Of a DNA stretch of 64,000 nt, positions 28,958 through 38,872 are shown piece after piece (position 1 is the first letter of the stretch; every line of letters starts with the position of its first letter). The position numbers and the translations under genes were made by a program. The notes under the pieces were generated by a model, which was given only the letters and a program-made list of their open reading frames with translations, was not told the origin of the DNA and ran no database searches. The DNA comes from an uncultured Gemmatimonadales bacterium. GTDB lineage: Bacteria > Gemmatimonadota > Gemmatimonadetes > Gemmatimonadales > Gemmatimonadaceae. The DNA lies in the NCBI GenBank assembly GCA_963850905.1, contig CAWKMU010000003.1, positions 768,001-832,000 of the forward strand. The letters are read 5' to 3'.

Positions 28958-31900
28958 TTACCAGCCCGGCAACAGGACAAACCCATACTGGTTCCCCACT
29001 CCCGGCCGCTGGAATGGACGCGCCACGTAGAACTCGCCGACGAGGTAGCCCAAAATGTTGACGCGCGCGGCCACCCCTGCGCTGAACACCGGGATGTTGC
29101 GCTGGTCGTTCGGATTCAACGTCAGCTCGATGTGGCTCGTGCTCGACCACGCCAAGCCACCGTCCAGGAAGGGCGCAATCTCGGTCGGCAGGTAGGGGAA
29201 GTTGATCAGGCCGAATTGCGGCACGCCGAGCAACGGGATGCGGAGCTCGATGTTCCCGACCGCCATGCGACTGCCGAGCAAACGGTTCAACAGCGGACAC
29301 GAACCGACGCCCGTGAACAACGACGGGCACTCCGAGGCGTTGAACGTGGTGATGTCGTAGCCGCGGATGAAATAGGGGTCGCCGATGTACAGGGGCGACA
29401 GGCGCGGGTCTTCCGCGTCCTTCCCCCAGCGCCCGTATTGGTTGATGCGGAACGCCAGCGTGATCGGATTGGCGAAGAAGTAGCGACGATAGTCGACGTT
29501 CTCCGCGAAGAAATTCAGTGTGCCAAAGTACGGGTCGACCTCCAGGCGGTAACGTCCGCCCGCGATCGGCGAGGTAAAGCCGAAGTTCGAGTAGTCGACC
29601 ACGTAGGCCGCCGACGTCTGGAACAGGCTGAACCCCGGCGGCGTCGGGAGCGGCACCTGCTGCCCGACGAAATACACCGACCCGTTTTGCTCCTGGATGT
29701 ACTCGTCAGCGCGTAAGCCGTAGTGGATGTACGTGAATCCGCCCGCCAGCTCGAACCGCCGAGTCATCGAGAGCGGATACTGCCCGAACAGGTTCAGCTG
29801 CTCGTAGTAGGTGTACAGATACTGTTCCTGCAGCAGCGTCGCGGGCGTCTTCGTCCCGTTGGAGCTGACGAGGACCGTGTCGAACGCCGCGGTCCCCAAC
29901 TGCAGGTACGGGAGGTGCGAGATCGCCACGCCATAGTTCCAGCGATGCCCCAGGTTGATGTAGGCGGCCTGGCCACCGATGTCCTGGACCTGTCCCGAGG
30001 CCTGGATCGTTGCGGCGATGATGTGGTCCTCCAGCTCGTCGCCGAACTGGAGCGCGACGCCACCACCGGCACCCGTCCCAAAAGGACCGCCAAAGGCGAC
30101 ACCGACCCCCGCCGTCGCAATGCCATCGAGCTGGAACGTCGGCCGATACGGTGAGACTGCGAACTCGCGCTGCACCGGCAACCCCAGTCGAGCGTTGGCG
30201 ATCCGCTCCGTGATGACATCCGGCACGGCCGGCGGCTGCAGCCCCTGCGTCGACGACGTGTCGACCACCTGGTTGACGCCGGCCCCCGTCGCGTCGCTCG
30301 CCTCGAGAGTGTGGATCGAGTAGCTCTGACCCGGTCCCCGGAATACGTCGAACGCGAGTCGTCCGGTCTGCCGAGCCACGGACAGAGCCGGCGACTCATA
30401 GGTCAAGCCCGTGATCGCCGTCGCCACGCGCGTCACCCGCGTGATCGCGCCCGTCGCCAGGTTGACTCGGTAGACGTCCGAAATGCCATCGGGGTCGGCA
30501 ACGAAGAACAGCGACTGCCCGTCGCTACTGAACTGTGGGCTGATGTTCTTCGCGCGCCCGCCGAATAGCGGGAGCAACCGCGATGGATGATCCGGCTGGG
30601 TCATATCCATGACCGCGATCTGGAATGGCCGAAACTCCAGCAGATCCATGTTCGTCGGCGCGCCGCTGTCGGTCATGAAGGCCAGCGAGTGCCCATCAGG
30701 CGACCACGCCGGCTGCAGATGCGCGTACCGATTGTGCTCGAACTGCTTGGTCACCTTCGTCCGCAGGTCGTACAGGTACAGGTCGCTCCATCCCCCCGAC
30801 ATGCCGGACACCGCGAGCTGCGCCCCGTCCGGGCTCCACGCCATGCCCAAGACCTGCCCGACGCCCGGGAGGCGGATGTGGCGTTCGTCGAGGCCCTTGT
30901 CCACGTTGAAGATCTCGATCTCGACGCGGCCGTTCTCGAACGCGGGCACCGCCATGCGCTTACTGTCAGGGGACCAGGAGCCGGACGAATTGGTCCACGA
31001 CAGCACGTCGAAATGTGGGTTCGAGTTCGGGCTCGTGAGATGGTGCAGCACCTTCCCCGTCTTCGCGTCGGCCACGAGCAGGTCCTGGAACGGCAGCCCG
31101 CGAAACCGAATGAGCGAGATCTTGGATCCATCAGGGCTCAGCACTGGCGCGAGGTCGAAGGTGTTGAGCGTGAGCCTGCCGAAGGGCTGCTTCCCGAGCA
31201 GCTCCGGCATTGTCCTGGTCTTGGCGTCCGCGAGCAGCTGGGTCTTGATCGACGCGATCCACAGCTTCGACAGGGAGTCAGTCGTAATGCCCAGCACGGC
31301 CCGGACCGCCGGCTCGAGCCCCGATCGCAGCGAGGCGCGATAAATCGTCGGGATCACGCTGTCCCCGAACGTCCCGCCGATGAAGGCCCACATCGCCTCA
31401 CCGTAGCGATAGGCGAAGTACTTGGGGCTGTTCAGCTTCTTGATCCGCGGCAGGTCGTTCCGCAGCGCCGCGTCCCGCAGGAACATCGTGGTGTTGGGGT
31501 CGTACCGGCCGAGCGACAGGTACTCCGCCATTCCCTCGATCGACCACTGCGGCAGCCGCTCGACGTTACTCAGCCCCCCGCGTTGCGCCCCGGCGACGTC
31601 GAACTGGAACACGTGCACCAACTCGTGCCCCAGCACGTGGTTGTCGTCCCAGTACGCGCCGGTGAACGGCAGGAGCGCGCGGCTTCGAGATGGCTCGGTG
31701 ACGCCGCCGACTTCCTCCGGCAGATACCCGACCACGTTGTTTTGCTGGAATGCGGGGTCGTCCGCGTACAGCACGATGGGTTTCTTGGTGAACGTGTCCC
31801 GCATCGCCAGGGAGTGGCGCACGTACCAGCGCTCGGCCATCCGGGCGGCATCCTCGACCGCCAGCGATTCGGCCGGGTAGTAGTAGATGTCGAAATGCTC

Positions 31901-32107
31901 GGTGTGCAGCGTCGACCACTTGAAGGTCTGATAATTGACCTTGTTCTGACCGAAGTACTGCGCGTCTGCCCGCCGCGGGGCGCCGACGGCCATCAGGCAC
32001 ACAACGCCCGACAGGAACGCGATACGCAGGGGCCACGCATGCGTCGCCCTCGGCTGCCGCACCCGCACATTCGATCTGGTTCGCACGGACTTCGATCCAA
32101 ACATCAC
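28958..32107 (-). CDS. Omp85/BamA-TamA family surface antigen with N-terminal zincin-like domain and TolB-like PD40 propeller
   Basis: QYFGQNKVNY, HELVH..EGMAEY, repeated WSPDG, barrel IRGY..GNIELRIP..FLDGG..AGV..R.N; ends in W. Confidence 0.85.
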   Translation of the reverse strand: MMFGSKSVRTRSNVRVRQPRATHAWPLRIAFLSGVVCLMAVGAPRRADAQYFGQNKVNYQTFKWSTLHTEHFDIYYYPAESLAVEDAARMAERWYVRHSLAMRDTFTKKPIVLYADDPAFQQNNVVGYLPEEVGGVTEPSRSRALLPFTGAYWDDNHVLGHELVHVFQFDVAGAQRGGLSNVERLPQWSIEGMAEYLSLGRYDPNTTMFLRDAALRNDLPRIKKLNSPKYFAYRYGEAMWAFIGGTFGDSVIPTIYRASLRSGLEPAVRAVLGITTDSLSKLWIASIKTQLLADAKTRTMPELLGKQPFGRLTLNTFDLAPVLSPDGSKISLIRFRGLPFQDLLVADAKTGKVLHHLTSPNSNPHFDVLSWTNSSGSWSPDSKRMAVPAFENGRVEIEIFNVDKGLDERHIRLPGVGQVLGMAWSPDGAQLAVSGMSGGWSDLYLYDLRTKVTKQFEHNRYAHLQPAWSPDGHSLAFMTDSGAPTNMDLLEFRPFQIAVMDMTQPDHPSRLLPLFGGRAKNISPQFSSDGQSLFFVADPDGISDVYRVNLATGAITRVTRVATAITGLTYESPALSVARQTGRLAFDVFRGPGQSYSIHTLEASDATGAGVNQVVDTSSTQGLQPPAVPDVITERIANARLGLPVQREFAVSPYRPTFQLDGIATAGVGVAFGGPFGTGAGGGVALQFGDELEDHIIAATIQASGQVQDIGGQAAYINLGHRWNYGVAISHLPYLQLGTAAFDTVLVSSNGTKTPATLLQEQYLYTYYEQLNLFGQYPLSMTRRFELAGGFTYIHYGLRADEYIQEQNGSVYFVGQQVPLPTPPGFSLFQTSAAYVVDYSNFGFTSPIAGGRYRLEVDPYFGTLNFFAENVDYRRYFFANPITLAFRINQYGRWGKDAEDPRLSPLYIGDPYFIRGYDITTFNASECPSLFTGVGSCPLLNRLLGSRMAVGNIELRIPLLGVPQFGLINFPYLPTEIAPFLDGGLAWSSTSHIELTLNPNDQRNIPVFSAGVAARVNILGYLVGEFYVARPFQRPGVGNQYGFVLLPGW

Positions 32108-32340
32108 ACCATCCTCTTGCTGGCACCGGGGAAGGCCTCCCCGGTCGGGTACATCCGCATCAAGCGTCCCAAATAATACGTCGCGTGCAGGTCGTCGCTA
32201 AAGCTGACACACGTTCGAGATGCGACAGGGCGAAGCCACCCACGCATTGATTCGCCCTCGCGACCCCGGGCCGTAAGTGCCCCACCGGTAAATGAACGGG
32301 CCGGCGATCCGTTTTATGACAGACGTGCCAACTCAACTGC

Positions 32341-32505
32341 GGGGCCAGGGGTTGGGGGGTCAGGGACCAGGAACAAATCGAAGGGCCAGTGGCTGCGCAC
32401 CGCGACCGACCTTGGACCGGTAGGGGCGACGCAGTGCGTCGCCCGTCGTTGTCGTTGCGGTTGTCGTTCCCTGACCCCTGACGCCCGACCGCTGACCCCG
32501 CCGTT
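32341..32505 (+). repeat. Composite REP element (core 32420-32444)
   Basis: Core with one central substitution; both arrays; ccccgccgtt end. Confidence 0.9.
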
Positions 32506-32539
32506 TGCTTTCCTGTCCTCCCCTCTTTCCTGTCCTCCC

Positions 32540-33475
32540 CTATTGATGCGCCAGCGCCGGCATGATCGACTGTACGGAGCTCAATCGCTCACCGAGCGCG
32601 GCCGGCACCACCTGGCACGCCGCCACCGCCGCGGGTCTCGCATACCGCCGCAGCGCCTCGCGGGCGGGCCCGAGCACCAGGTCGCCCAGTACGACACCGA
32701 GCGAGCCAAGCACGACAAGCTGGGGATTCAACACATCGACGAGCGTGGCCATCCCGGACCCCAACCACCGCGCGGACTCCGTGACCACCTCGACCGCGTC
32801 AGGGTCGCCCGCCAGCGCCGCATCCACGATCGTGCGGATCTCGGGGGTGGTCGGCCAGCGCGCCGGGAACATGCGGTGCGCCAGCAGCGTCAGTCCCCGG
32901 CCCGACGCGTACTCCTCCCACCCGCCGCCTGCCTTCACACGAGCGTCGTCCGGGGGAGCGACACGTAGCGTCGCCAGCTCACCCGCAGTCTCGCTCGCCC
33001 CCCGCAGGATCTTCCCGTGCACGATGATCCCGGCACCCATCCCGGTACCGTAAACCAGGAAAATCATGTGCTCGAGGCCCGCCCGGATGCGCCCAGCCCC
33101 AAACCAGAACTCGGCCAGCGCCCCCGCCTTGGCATCGTGGTCGAGATACACGGGCAGCCCCGGGAACCGGGCCTCGACCGCGTCCTTGAGTCTCAGATTA
33201 TGCCAGCCCGGGAGGTTGGGCGGATTGATGATCACCCCCTCGATTGCCCGAAGCGGTCCCGGCGAGACGATACTGATCGCCTTGGGCGTCCGACCCGCCG
33301 CACGGGCCGTCTGCAGCGTCTCATCGATCAACCCAGCAAGCGCGGGAAATGTGTCCGCGAACGGGCGCGCCCCCTCCGTCGGGTGGCTCACCCGCTGCAA
33401 GGTGTCGCCCGTCACCGTCGATTCTACGATCGCAGTCTTTGTCCCGCCGATGTCGACGCCAATGATCGTGTCCAT
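32540..33475 (-). CDS. ROK family sugar kinase
   Basis: GVDIGGTK, PGPL, PPNLPGW, DAKAGALAE..FGAG, GTGMGAG, AGE, EEYASG. Confidence 0.9.
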   Translation of the reverse strand: MDTIIGVDIGGTKTAIVESTVTGDTLQRVSHPTEGARPFADTFPALAGLIDETLQTARAAGRTPKAISIVSPGPLRAIEGVIINPPNLPGWHNLRLKDAVEARFPGLPVYLDHDAKAGALAEFWFGAGRIRAGLEHMIFLVYGTGMGAGIIVHGKILRGASETAGELATLRVAPPDDARVKAGGGWEEYASGRGLTLLAHRMFPARWPTTPEIRTIVDAALAGDPDAVEVVTESARWLGSGMATLVDVLNPQLVVLGSLGVVLGDLVLGPAREALRRYARPAAVAACQVVPAALGERLSSVQSIMPALAHQ

Positions 33476-33590
33476 AAATGATCGTCGATTGACTGTGGGA
33501 GCTGGCCGATTCGACGCCGTTCGTGGTGCCGTGGGCCGCGCAGGCGGCGTGGTGCCGCCCCTCTAAAGGCGAGCGGAGACCACGACGAAG

Positions 33591-36500
33591 CTAACGACGA
33601 CGGGTTGCGAACGGGCGCACGACACGGCGCTGGTTGGTGCGTACCGCGACAATCCCGGTCACGACACCCAGGAGGATCAGGACGCACCACGCGACGACGG
33701 TCTGCGTGGTGGGTCCCGGGCTGCGGAGGGGAGGGCGCGCGAGCGGATCGCCAACGACCGTAAACGCCGCCCAGTCTGCAGTTCGCACACCGCGCGCGAT
33801 CGCGTCGCGCTTCGCGGACTCGAGCGCGTCCCCCACCGGGAGACCGCGGGCCATCGCGGCGTAGAACGCGGCCACGATCGGCACAATCGCCCGGTCGCCC
33901 ACTCGCCACTGCGTCGCCACGACCGAGCGCGCTCCGGCAGCGAGCAGAGGCACGGTCAGCCCCTGCACCCCATCGCCGTCGATCACGACCCCGCCCGCGG
34001 TGCGGCACCCCGACAACACCACCAGATCGGCGTCGAGGCGCAGTGACGCCAGTTGCATCGGCGTCACGAAGCCGGATTCTCCACTCCCCGCCGCGAGCAC
34101 CAACGCGGTCCGCGCCACACTCCGCTCATCGACGAGCGCGTGAGTCGCGACATGAATCACGCGATACCCATCGAGTGGCGCATGCAGCAGGTACGCGGCG
34201 CTCGCCGCCTCTCGCAACCGGACGTCGGCGGACGGCGCGTACCGGGCCACGAGCCGCGCCTCCTCCGCGGACGCGCTGAGGCGCTCGAGGCCACCGTTCG
34301 AATCGGCCACGTCGCGATACGGATTGACCGATGTGCGCTCGGCACCCCCCGGCAGCACTGGAAACGCGGGATCCCCCAGCGCGAGCAGTCGTGGCGGCCG
34401 CCGATCCCCGCCGGCCGGGTGCGGTCGCCGCCAGAGAGCTCGCAGTACGGCGGCCGACGGAGCGATCGTGATCGCATACTTCGCCGCCAGCGGTTCTCCA
34501 TCCGAGGTGCGGAGCGCGTCGAAGGGAACACGATAGATCGGGCCGTCGGGCACGATGATGAGATGCGTCACGTCGGGTCCGAGCTCGCGCAGGGCGACAC
34601 CCAGAAGCGATCGGCCGATCGTGGTCGACAGCGCGACTGCATCATCGCCGCCCTCGAGCAACGCCACGAACCGCTCGATCGGGCCCAACAACGAGTCCGC
34701 ACTGGGAGCCGTGTACGCCTGCAACACCGCAGAACGCAGCCCAAGCGGCGACCGGACCGGAGACTGCGCGATGACGAACACGGTGGTGGGTGCACCATAG
34801 GCACCGGTGACGAATTCCACGAAGGCCGTATGGCGATCCGGCAGCACGGCCGCCACCGAGTCCGCCTCACCCTGTTCGCCAGTGGCGCGCGCGGCAACGT
34901 CCCCGCTCCGGGTCAGGCTGCCCGGCGGCTTCGCTGCCGCGTCCGACGACGTGTCCACCGCCGCGTCGCGCAGCGCGGCGAGGCGGACCAGCCGATTCGC
35001 CAGATCGCGCGCGCGACGTCGCTCGGCCAGCGCAAACGCGACCGACGGACGCTGCGCCGCCAGCACGGCAAGCACCGTCGCGGTCGCGGCGTCGCGGTCG
35101 TTCGCTTCGGTCGCTCCAACCTGAAAGACGTACGGCCGCAGCGCGCGGTCGGTGAGCGTGCCGCGCCAGGCGTCGAGCTCGTCCTCCGCGGCCGTCATCT
35201 CGAGATCCGTTCGGTCCAAGAGACCTTGGCGCGCTTCGGTCTCCGCCAGAAATGCCCGCGCGGCATATCGCATGACATGCTCCGCGGTATCGAGGGTCTG
35301 CAGGTACCGCGTGAAGGCCGCACCTGCAGCCGCTGGCCGATCCTCGGCGAGCGCGAGCCGGCCCCGATCGACATCCAGACTCGCGTACCACCGCGGTTGC
35401 CGACGCGCCCGAGATAACGCTTCCGCAGCCACCAGCGAGCGCTCGGCGGCCGGCAGATCGCCGGCACGAATATCGATCGCGACAAGGTCTCGCCACTCCT
35501 CGAACTCCGCCGGGTCCCCGATCTTGTGGTCGAAGTCGCGGGCTTGCTGCGCCAGATCGCGGGCGACCGACCACTGCCCCGCATCGACGGCGAGATCCGC
35601 GCGGTACGTGCGCACGAGCGCCCGCCCGCTCTCATCCTGCATCGTGTCGTACAGCGCCGTCGCGCGATCGAGGTAGGTCCCCGCACTCACGAGATCGTTG
35701 AGCAGGAGCGCCACGGACGCGAGGCCGACATTCGCAGACGCGAGCGCGTACAGATTGTGCGATGCATCCGCCTCGGCTTGCGCGGCGAGCACGTATTCCT
35801 TGTACGGCCCGATGTCGCCGCGGTTGTGGAAAATGTCTCCGTGGCGCATCAGCGTCTCGGCCAGCGTTGCGCGGTCGTGCACCCGACGCTCGATCCGCTC
35901 GACCGTGGTTAACACGACCGCGCTCGAGTCGTACGCAGCGCTCAACTCGAGGCCAAGCGCGAGGGCGCGTAGCGCACGCGCCTCCTCGCGCGGTTCACCG
36001 GCGCGGTGCGCGAGCACCGCGGCCGCCCGCGCGCGCGTGGCTGCGTCCGGATGGGACAGCACGGTGGCAAAGAGCGCCCGGCGCACGGCGATGGCAGCCT
36101 CGAGGTCGCTCACGTGGGGAGGGATCACGCGCGCCGCGGTATCGAGCAACGCGTTGCCGATGGAGATCCCGAGCTGCGCCGCGCGATTGACCGATCTCCC
36201 GACGAGCGCCTCGCTCTCCGCTGTGCGATCCGGGATCGAGCGAGCCATGACTCGGGCACGGACAAACGCACTGTCCGCGCGGGCCTGCAATCCCCGGGCG
36301 TCATACGACCAGCCGAGGCCCAACGCCGCGTAGACCGATACGGCATCGGCACCCGAGACACCCGCCTGGCGCGCGCTCGATGCGACTGGCATCAGCGCCG
36401 TCAGCGCCGCGTCGGCGTCATCGTATCGGTAGGTGAACCGCGCGATGGTCGCCAGGCCGAGTGCCGAGAGTCGGTCGCCCGGGTCTGCCGCGACCGCCTT

Positions 36501-36638
36501 CGCCCACCGCGCTTCCACAACGCTCGCACTATCCCCCTCGACCGCTCGCAGCGCATGCGCCACGACCGCGCGCGCTGAACTGTCAGCTCCGCCGGGCGGG
36601 ATCGCGATGAGGGCAGCCCCAATGGCGTGGAGGAGCAT
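33591..36638 (-). CDS. TPR-CHAT domain (caspase-like) protein
   Basis: Helical repeats; IVPDG, VIHVATHA, LVVLSGCRT, GARSVVATQW.V.D, WAAF..G; C-terminal TM. Confidence 0.88.
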   Translation of the reverse strand: MLLHAIGAALIAIPPGGADSSARAVVAHALRAVEGDSASVVEARWAKAVAADPGDRLSALGLATIARFTYRYDDADAALTALMPVASSARQAGVSGADAVSVYAALGLGWSYDARGLQARADSAFVRARVMARSIPDRTAESEALVGRSVNRAAQLGISIGNALLDTAARVIPPHVSDLEAAIAVRRALFATVLSHPDAATRARAAAVLAHRAGEPREEARALRALALGLELSAAYDSSAVVLTTVERIERRVHDRATLAETLMRHGDIFHNRGDIGPYKEYVLAAQAEADASHNLYALASANVGLASVALLLNDLVSAGTYLDRATALYDTMQDESGRALVRTYRADLAVDAGQWSVARDLAQQARDFDHKIGDPAEFEEWRDLVAIDIRAGDLPAAERSLVAAEALSRARRQPRWYASLDVDRGRLALAEDRPAAAGAAFTRYLQTLDTAEHVMRYAARAFLAETEARQGLLDRTDLEMTAAEDELDAWRGTLTDRALRPYVFQVGATEANDRDAATATVLAVLAAQRPSVAFALAERRRARDLANRLVRLAALRDAAVDTSSDAAAKPPGSLTRSGDVAARATGEQGEADSVAAVLPDRHTAFVEFVTGAYGAPTTVFVIAQSPVRSPLGLRSAVLQAYTAPSADSLLGPIERFVALLEGGDDAVALSTTIGRSLLGVALRELGPDVTHLIIVPDGPIYRVPFDALRTSDGEPLAAKYAITIAPSAAVLRALWRRPHPAGGDRRPPRLLALGDPAFPVLPGGAERTSVNPYRDVADSNGGLERLSASAEEARLVARYAPSADVRLREAASAAYLLHAPLDGYRVIHVATHALVDERSVARTALVLAAGSGESGFVTPMQLASLRLDADLVVLSGCRTAGGVVIDGDGVQGLTVPLLAAGARSVVATQWRVGDRAIVPIVAAFYAAMARGLPVGDALESAKRDAIARGVRTADWAAFTVVGDPLARPPLRSPGPTTQTVVAWCVLILLGVVTGIVAVRTNQRRVVRPFATRRR

Positions 36639-36659
36639 GCAGGGAACTTAGGTGACCTG

Positions 36660-36815
36660 GGCCGGGACCAGGGGTCCGTGGGGCTCGGGTCGGGGAACAA
36701 ATCATAAAGCCGACCGCGCCCCGCGGCTGCCCCCGGACCGGTAGGGGCGACGCATTGCGTCGCCCGTCGTTGTCGCGGCGGGGGTTGCCGTTCCCCGAGC
36801 CCTGGCCCCCACCCC
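36660..36815 (+). repeat. Composite REP element (core 36741-36765)
   Basis: Exact core, degenerate arrays. Confidence 0.88.
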
Positions 36816-38087
36816 TCAGTGCGTCACCACCGTCCCCATTTTCACCACCTCAAAATCACTCCCCTGGAGCTGCGTCATCGCGTGCAGCTCGTCGTCACTC
36901 CACCGCGGGTCGGGTGCGCCGCTGACGAAGAACGCGGAGCCGTTATCGGCCAGGAACATGCCGTATTTCTGCAGCGCTTTGAGAATGACCTGCACGTGGG
37001 CGGGGAATCCGGCGATGTTGACGCTCGCCTTGAGGCGCACGCGCATACCCATGGGCGGCAGGCTGCTACTCGTGTCGGAGCTCGCATAATGCCGAGCTGG
37101 AGCGACGTAGGCGTGCCGCGTGGTCGGGCAGGTGAAGCGCAGCGCATGCGTGATCGCGCCGTGTAGCACGACCTCGTCGTAGCGCACGAGGCCCGCCAGG
37201 ATTGGGAGCCCGGCGGCATCGGCCGATGTCCAGCCCGCAGGGCGCAGCGAGTCCGATGCGAGATTGAAGACCGCGCCGGATCCGGCAGTCCAACTGGCAC
37301 CACCGTTCACCGGCACCGCGTCAAACATCTCGTACAGCTTCCAATGGTCAATGTCGACGATGAGCACGTGCCGGTCGCCGGTCCCGCTCGGCCCACCTTC
37401 GATCGGCGCGTACGGCGGGATGGGATAGGGGCCGGGGTCGCTCTCAGAGGCATAGTTGAAGCTCACCGGCACGAGTGGCTGCGTGCCGTGGACCACCACG
37501 TACGGAATCCCGTTCGGCGCGCCGTCCCACACAGTACCAAAATCCGGATGCAACGGGCTCGAAGCGCCGCAGCTCGCAATGAGCGTGTTCGAGTTCGAGT
37601 CGACCGGCATCGCCGACACGTCGGCGTTCCAGGCGTTGTCAGCCGGAAAAAATTGCCGGCCGCCGAGGGAACCGCTGCCGTTCCCAAAAGCGACGAACGA
37701 CGCCCCCTGAGTTCCGACGGTCGCAGCCAATGCGTTGCCAATGAATGTCGTGTCGACGGTCCACTGGGTGCTCGCGTGCCCCTGGCCATCCGTCACGATC
37801 GTCGTGGGGCTCACGCCTCCCGATCCTGGCCCGGCTAGCCACGTCACGGTTACGCCGGAATCCGGATTGCCGCGGGCATCGGTGACGCGCACGATGATGG
37901 GGTTGGCGAGCGCGGTGCCGAGGGTGGCGGTCTGGCTATCCCCGCTGACCTTGGCAATCGAAATCCCCGATCCGCCGCCCGATCCCGACCCTGGCCCGGT
38001 TGACCCCGCGGGGCTGCCGCAGCCGAGTGCCAAAGCGATGACCGCCGCCAGCCATGTGCGGTCGGCAACCGTCTCGAGGGGTGACAT
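36816..38087 (-). CDS. Lipoprotein with Ig-like domain and conserved uncharacterised C-terminal domain
   Basis: Lipobox ALGC; SGDSQ..P..V.VTD..GNP..GV.V.W; PADNAWN, ESDPGPYPIP, GDRHVL, ADAAGLP, HALRFT, YGMFLADNG. Confidence 0.75.
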   Translation of the reverse strand: MSPLETVADRTWLAAVIALALGCGSPAGSTGPGSGSGGGSGISIAKVSGDSQTATLGTALANPIIVRVTDARGNPDSGVTVTWLAGPGSGGVSPTTIVTDGQGHASTQWTVDTTFIGNALAATVGTQGASFVAFGNGSGSLGGRQFFPADNAWNADVSAMPVDSNSNTLIASCGASSPLHPDFGTVWDGAPNGIPYVVVHGTQPLVPVSFNYASESDPGPYPIPPYAPIEGGPSGTGDRHVLIVDIDHWKLYEMFDAVPVNGGASWTAGSGAVFNLASDSLRPAGWTSADAAGLPILAGLVRYDEVVLHGAITHALRFTCPTTRHAYVAPARHYASSDTSSSLPPMGMRVRLKASVNIAGFPAHVQVILKALQKYGMFLADNGSAFFVSGAPDPRWSDDELHAMTQLQGSDFEVVKMGTVVTH

Positions 38088-38263
38088 CGCGCCTCCGGCT
38101 AGATAGTGGATCTCGGCTAGCGGGGCGCGGCCCGGCGGCGCGTGGGCGAACTAGGCCGCCGAGCTCATGGTCTTCTTGTCCGACCTAGGCCGCTTCTGTC
38201 CATCTCGGCCCCGCTCTTCGGGCCGAGAGGTGGACGATCGAGAAAACGAGTCGTAACTCGTTG

Positions 38264-38554
38264 TCAGGCCGTCGCTTCCCCAGTTGTGGGGTCGATCACT
38301 CGCGTGACGCGATGGACGGCGTTCGCAGGAAATCCGCCGCGCTTCGCATGTTCGAGGATCGCATCGGCGTTCGCCGCATTGTAGACGCAGAACAGCTTGT
38401 CGCCCGTGACGTAGCTCTCGACCCACTGCACGTCCTTGCCCTCGGTGGTCATGTCGTGCAGCACCTTATTCGACGAGGCCGAGATGCCTTGCAACTCCTG
38501 CTGTGTCAGTTTGCCTGCACCGGCGAGCTCGCGCTCGATGACGAACTTGGGCAT
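38264..38554 (-). CDS. DUF4242 family protein
   Basis: MPKFVIER..GAG..QWVESYVT.DK..CVY.A..EHA..GGFPAN..IDPTT. Confidence 0.85.
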   Translation of the reverse strand: MPKFVIERELAGAGKLTQQELQGISASSNKVLHDMTTEGKDVQWVESYVTGDKLFCVYNAANADAILEHAKRGGFPANAVHRVTRVIDPTTGEATA

Positions 38555-38725
38555 AGCGGGATCCCGGAATGGGGTGGTGAAGGAAGTGTGAAAAAGGTTG
38601 GTCAACCCTGGCCGATTGGCAACCCCCTTGTCGCTCGGGGACTCGCGCGCAAGTTCCCTTGCCATGAACGCGACAGCGGACCGCGCGCGCCACGTCCGTC
38701 CGACGCCCACTGGCGGCGCCCGGGC

Positions 38726-38872
38726 ATGACGCAGAACCCACCGAAGAGATCGCAAGCCGGGCCTCGATCCCGACGTCGGGTGCTCATCGTCGCCATGCTG
38801 CGCGACCCGCAACTATGGGTCCCTGTGATTGCGCTGGGCGTCGGGCTCCTCGTGCTCCAGTGGGTCCGCTGA
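38726..38872 (+). CDS. Small single-TM peptide directly upstream of sugar transporter
   Basis: ...MLRDPQLWVPVIALGVGLLVLQWVR; stop TGA immediately followed by transporter ATG; start may be 38795. Confidence 0.5.
   Translation: MTQNPPKRSQAGPRSRRRVLIVAMLRDPQLWVPVIALGVGLLVLQWVR

Noticed and set aside
38648..38664. Sigma54 promoter for the DUF4242 gene (TGGCAAGGGAACTTGC on minus strand)
   Set aside because: GG-GC spacing is one base longer than the strict -24/-12 requirement.
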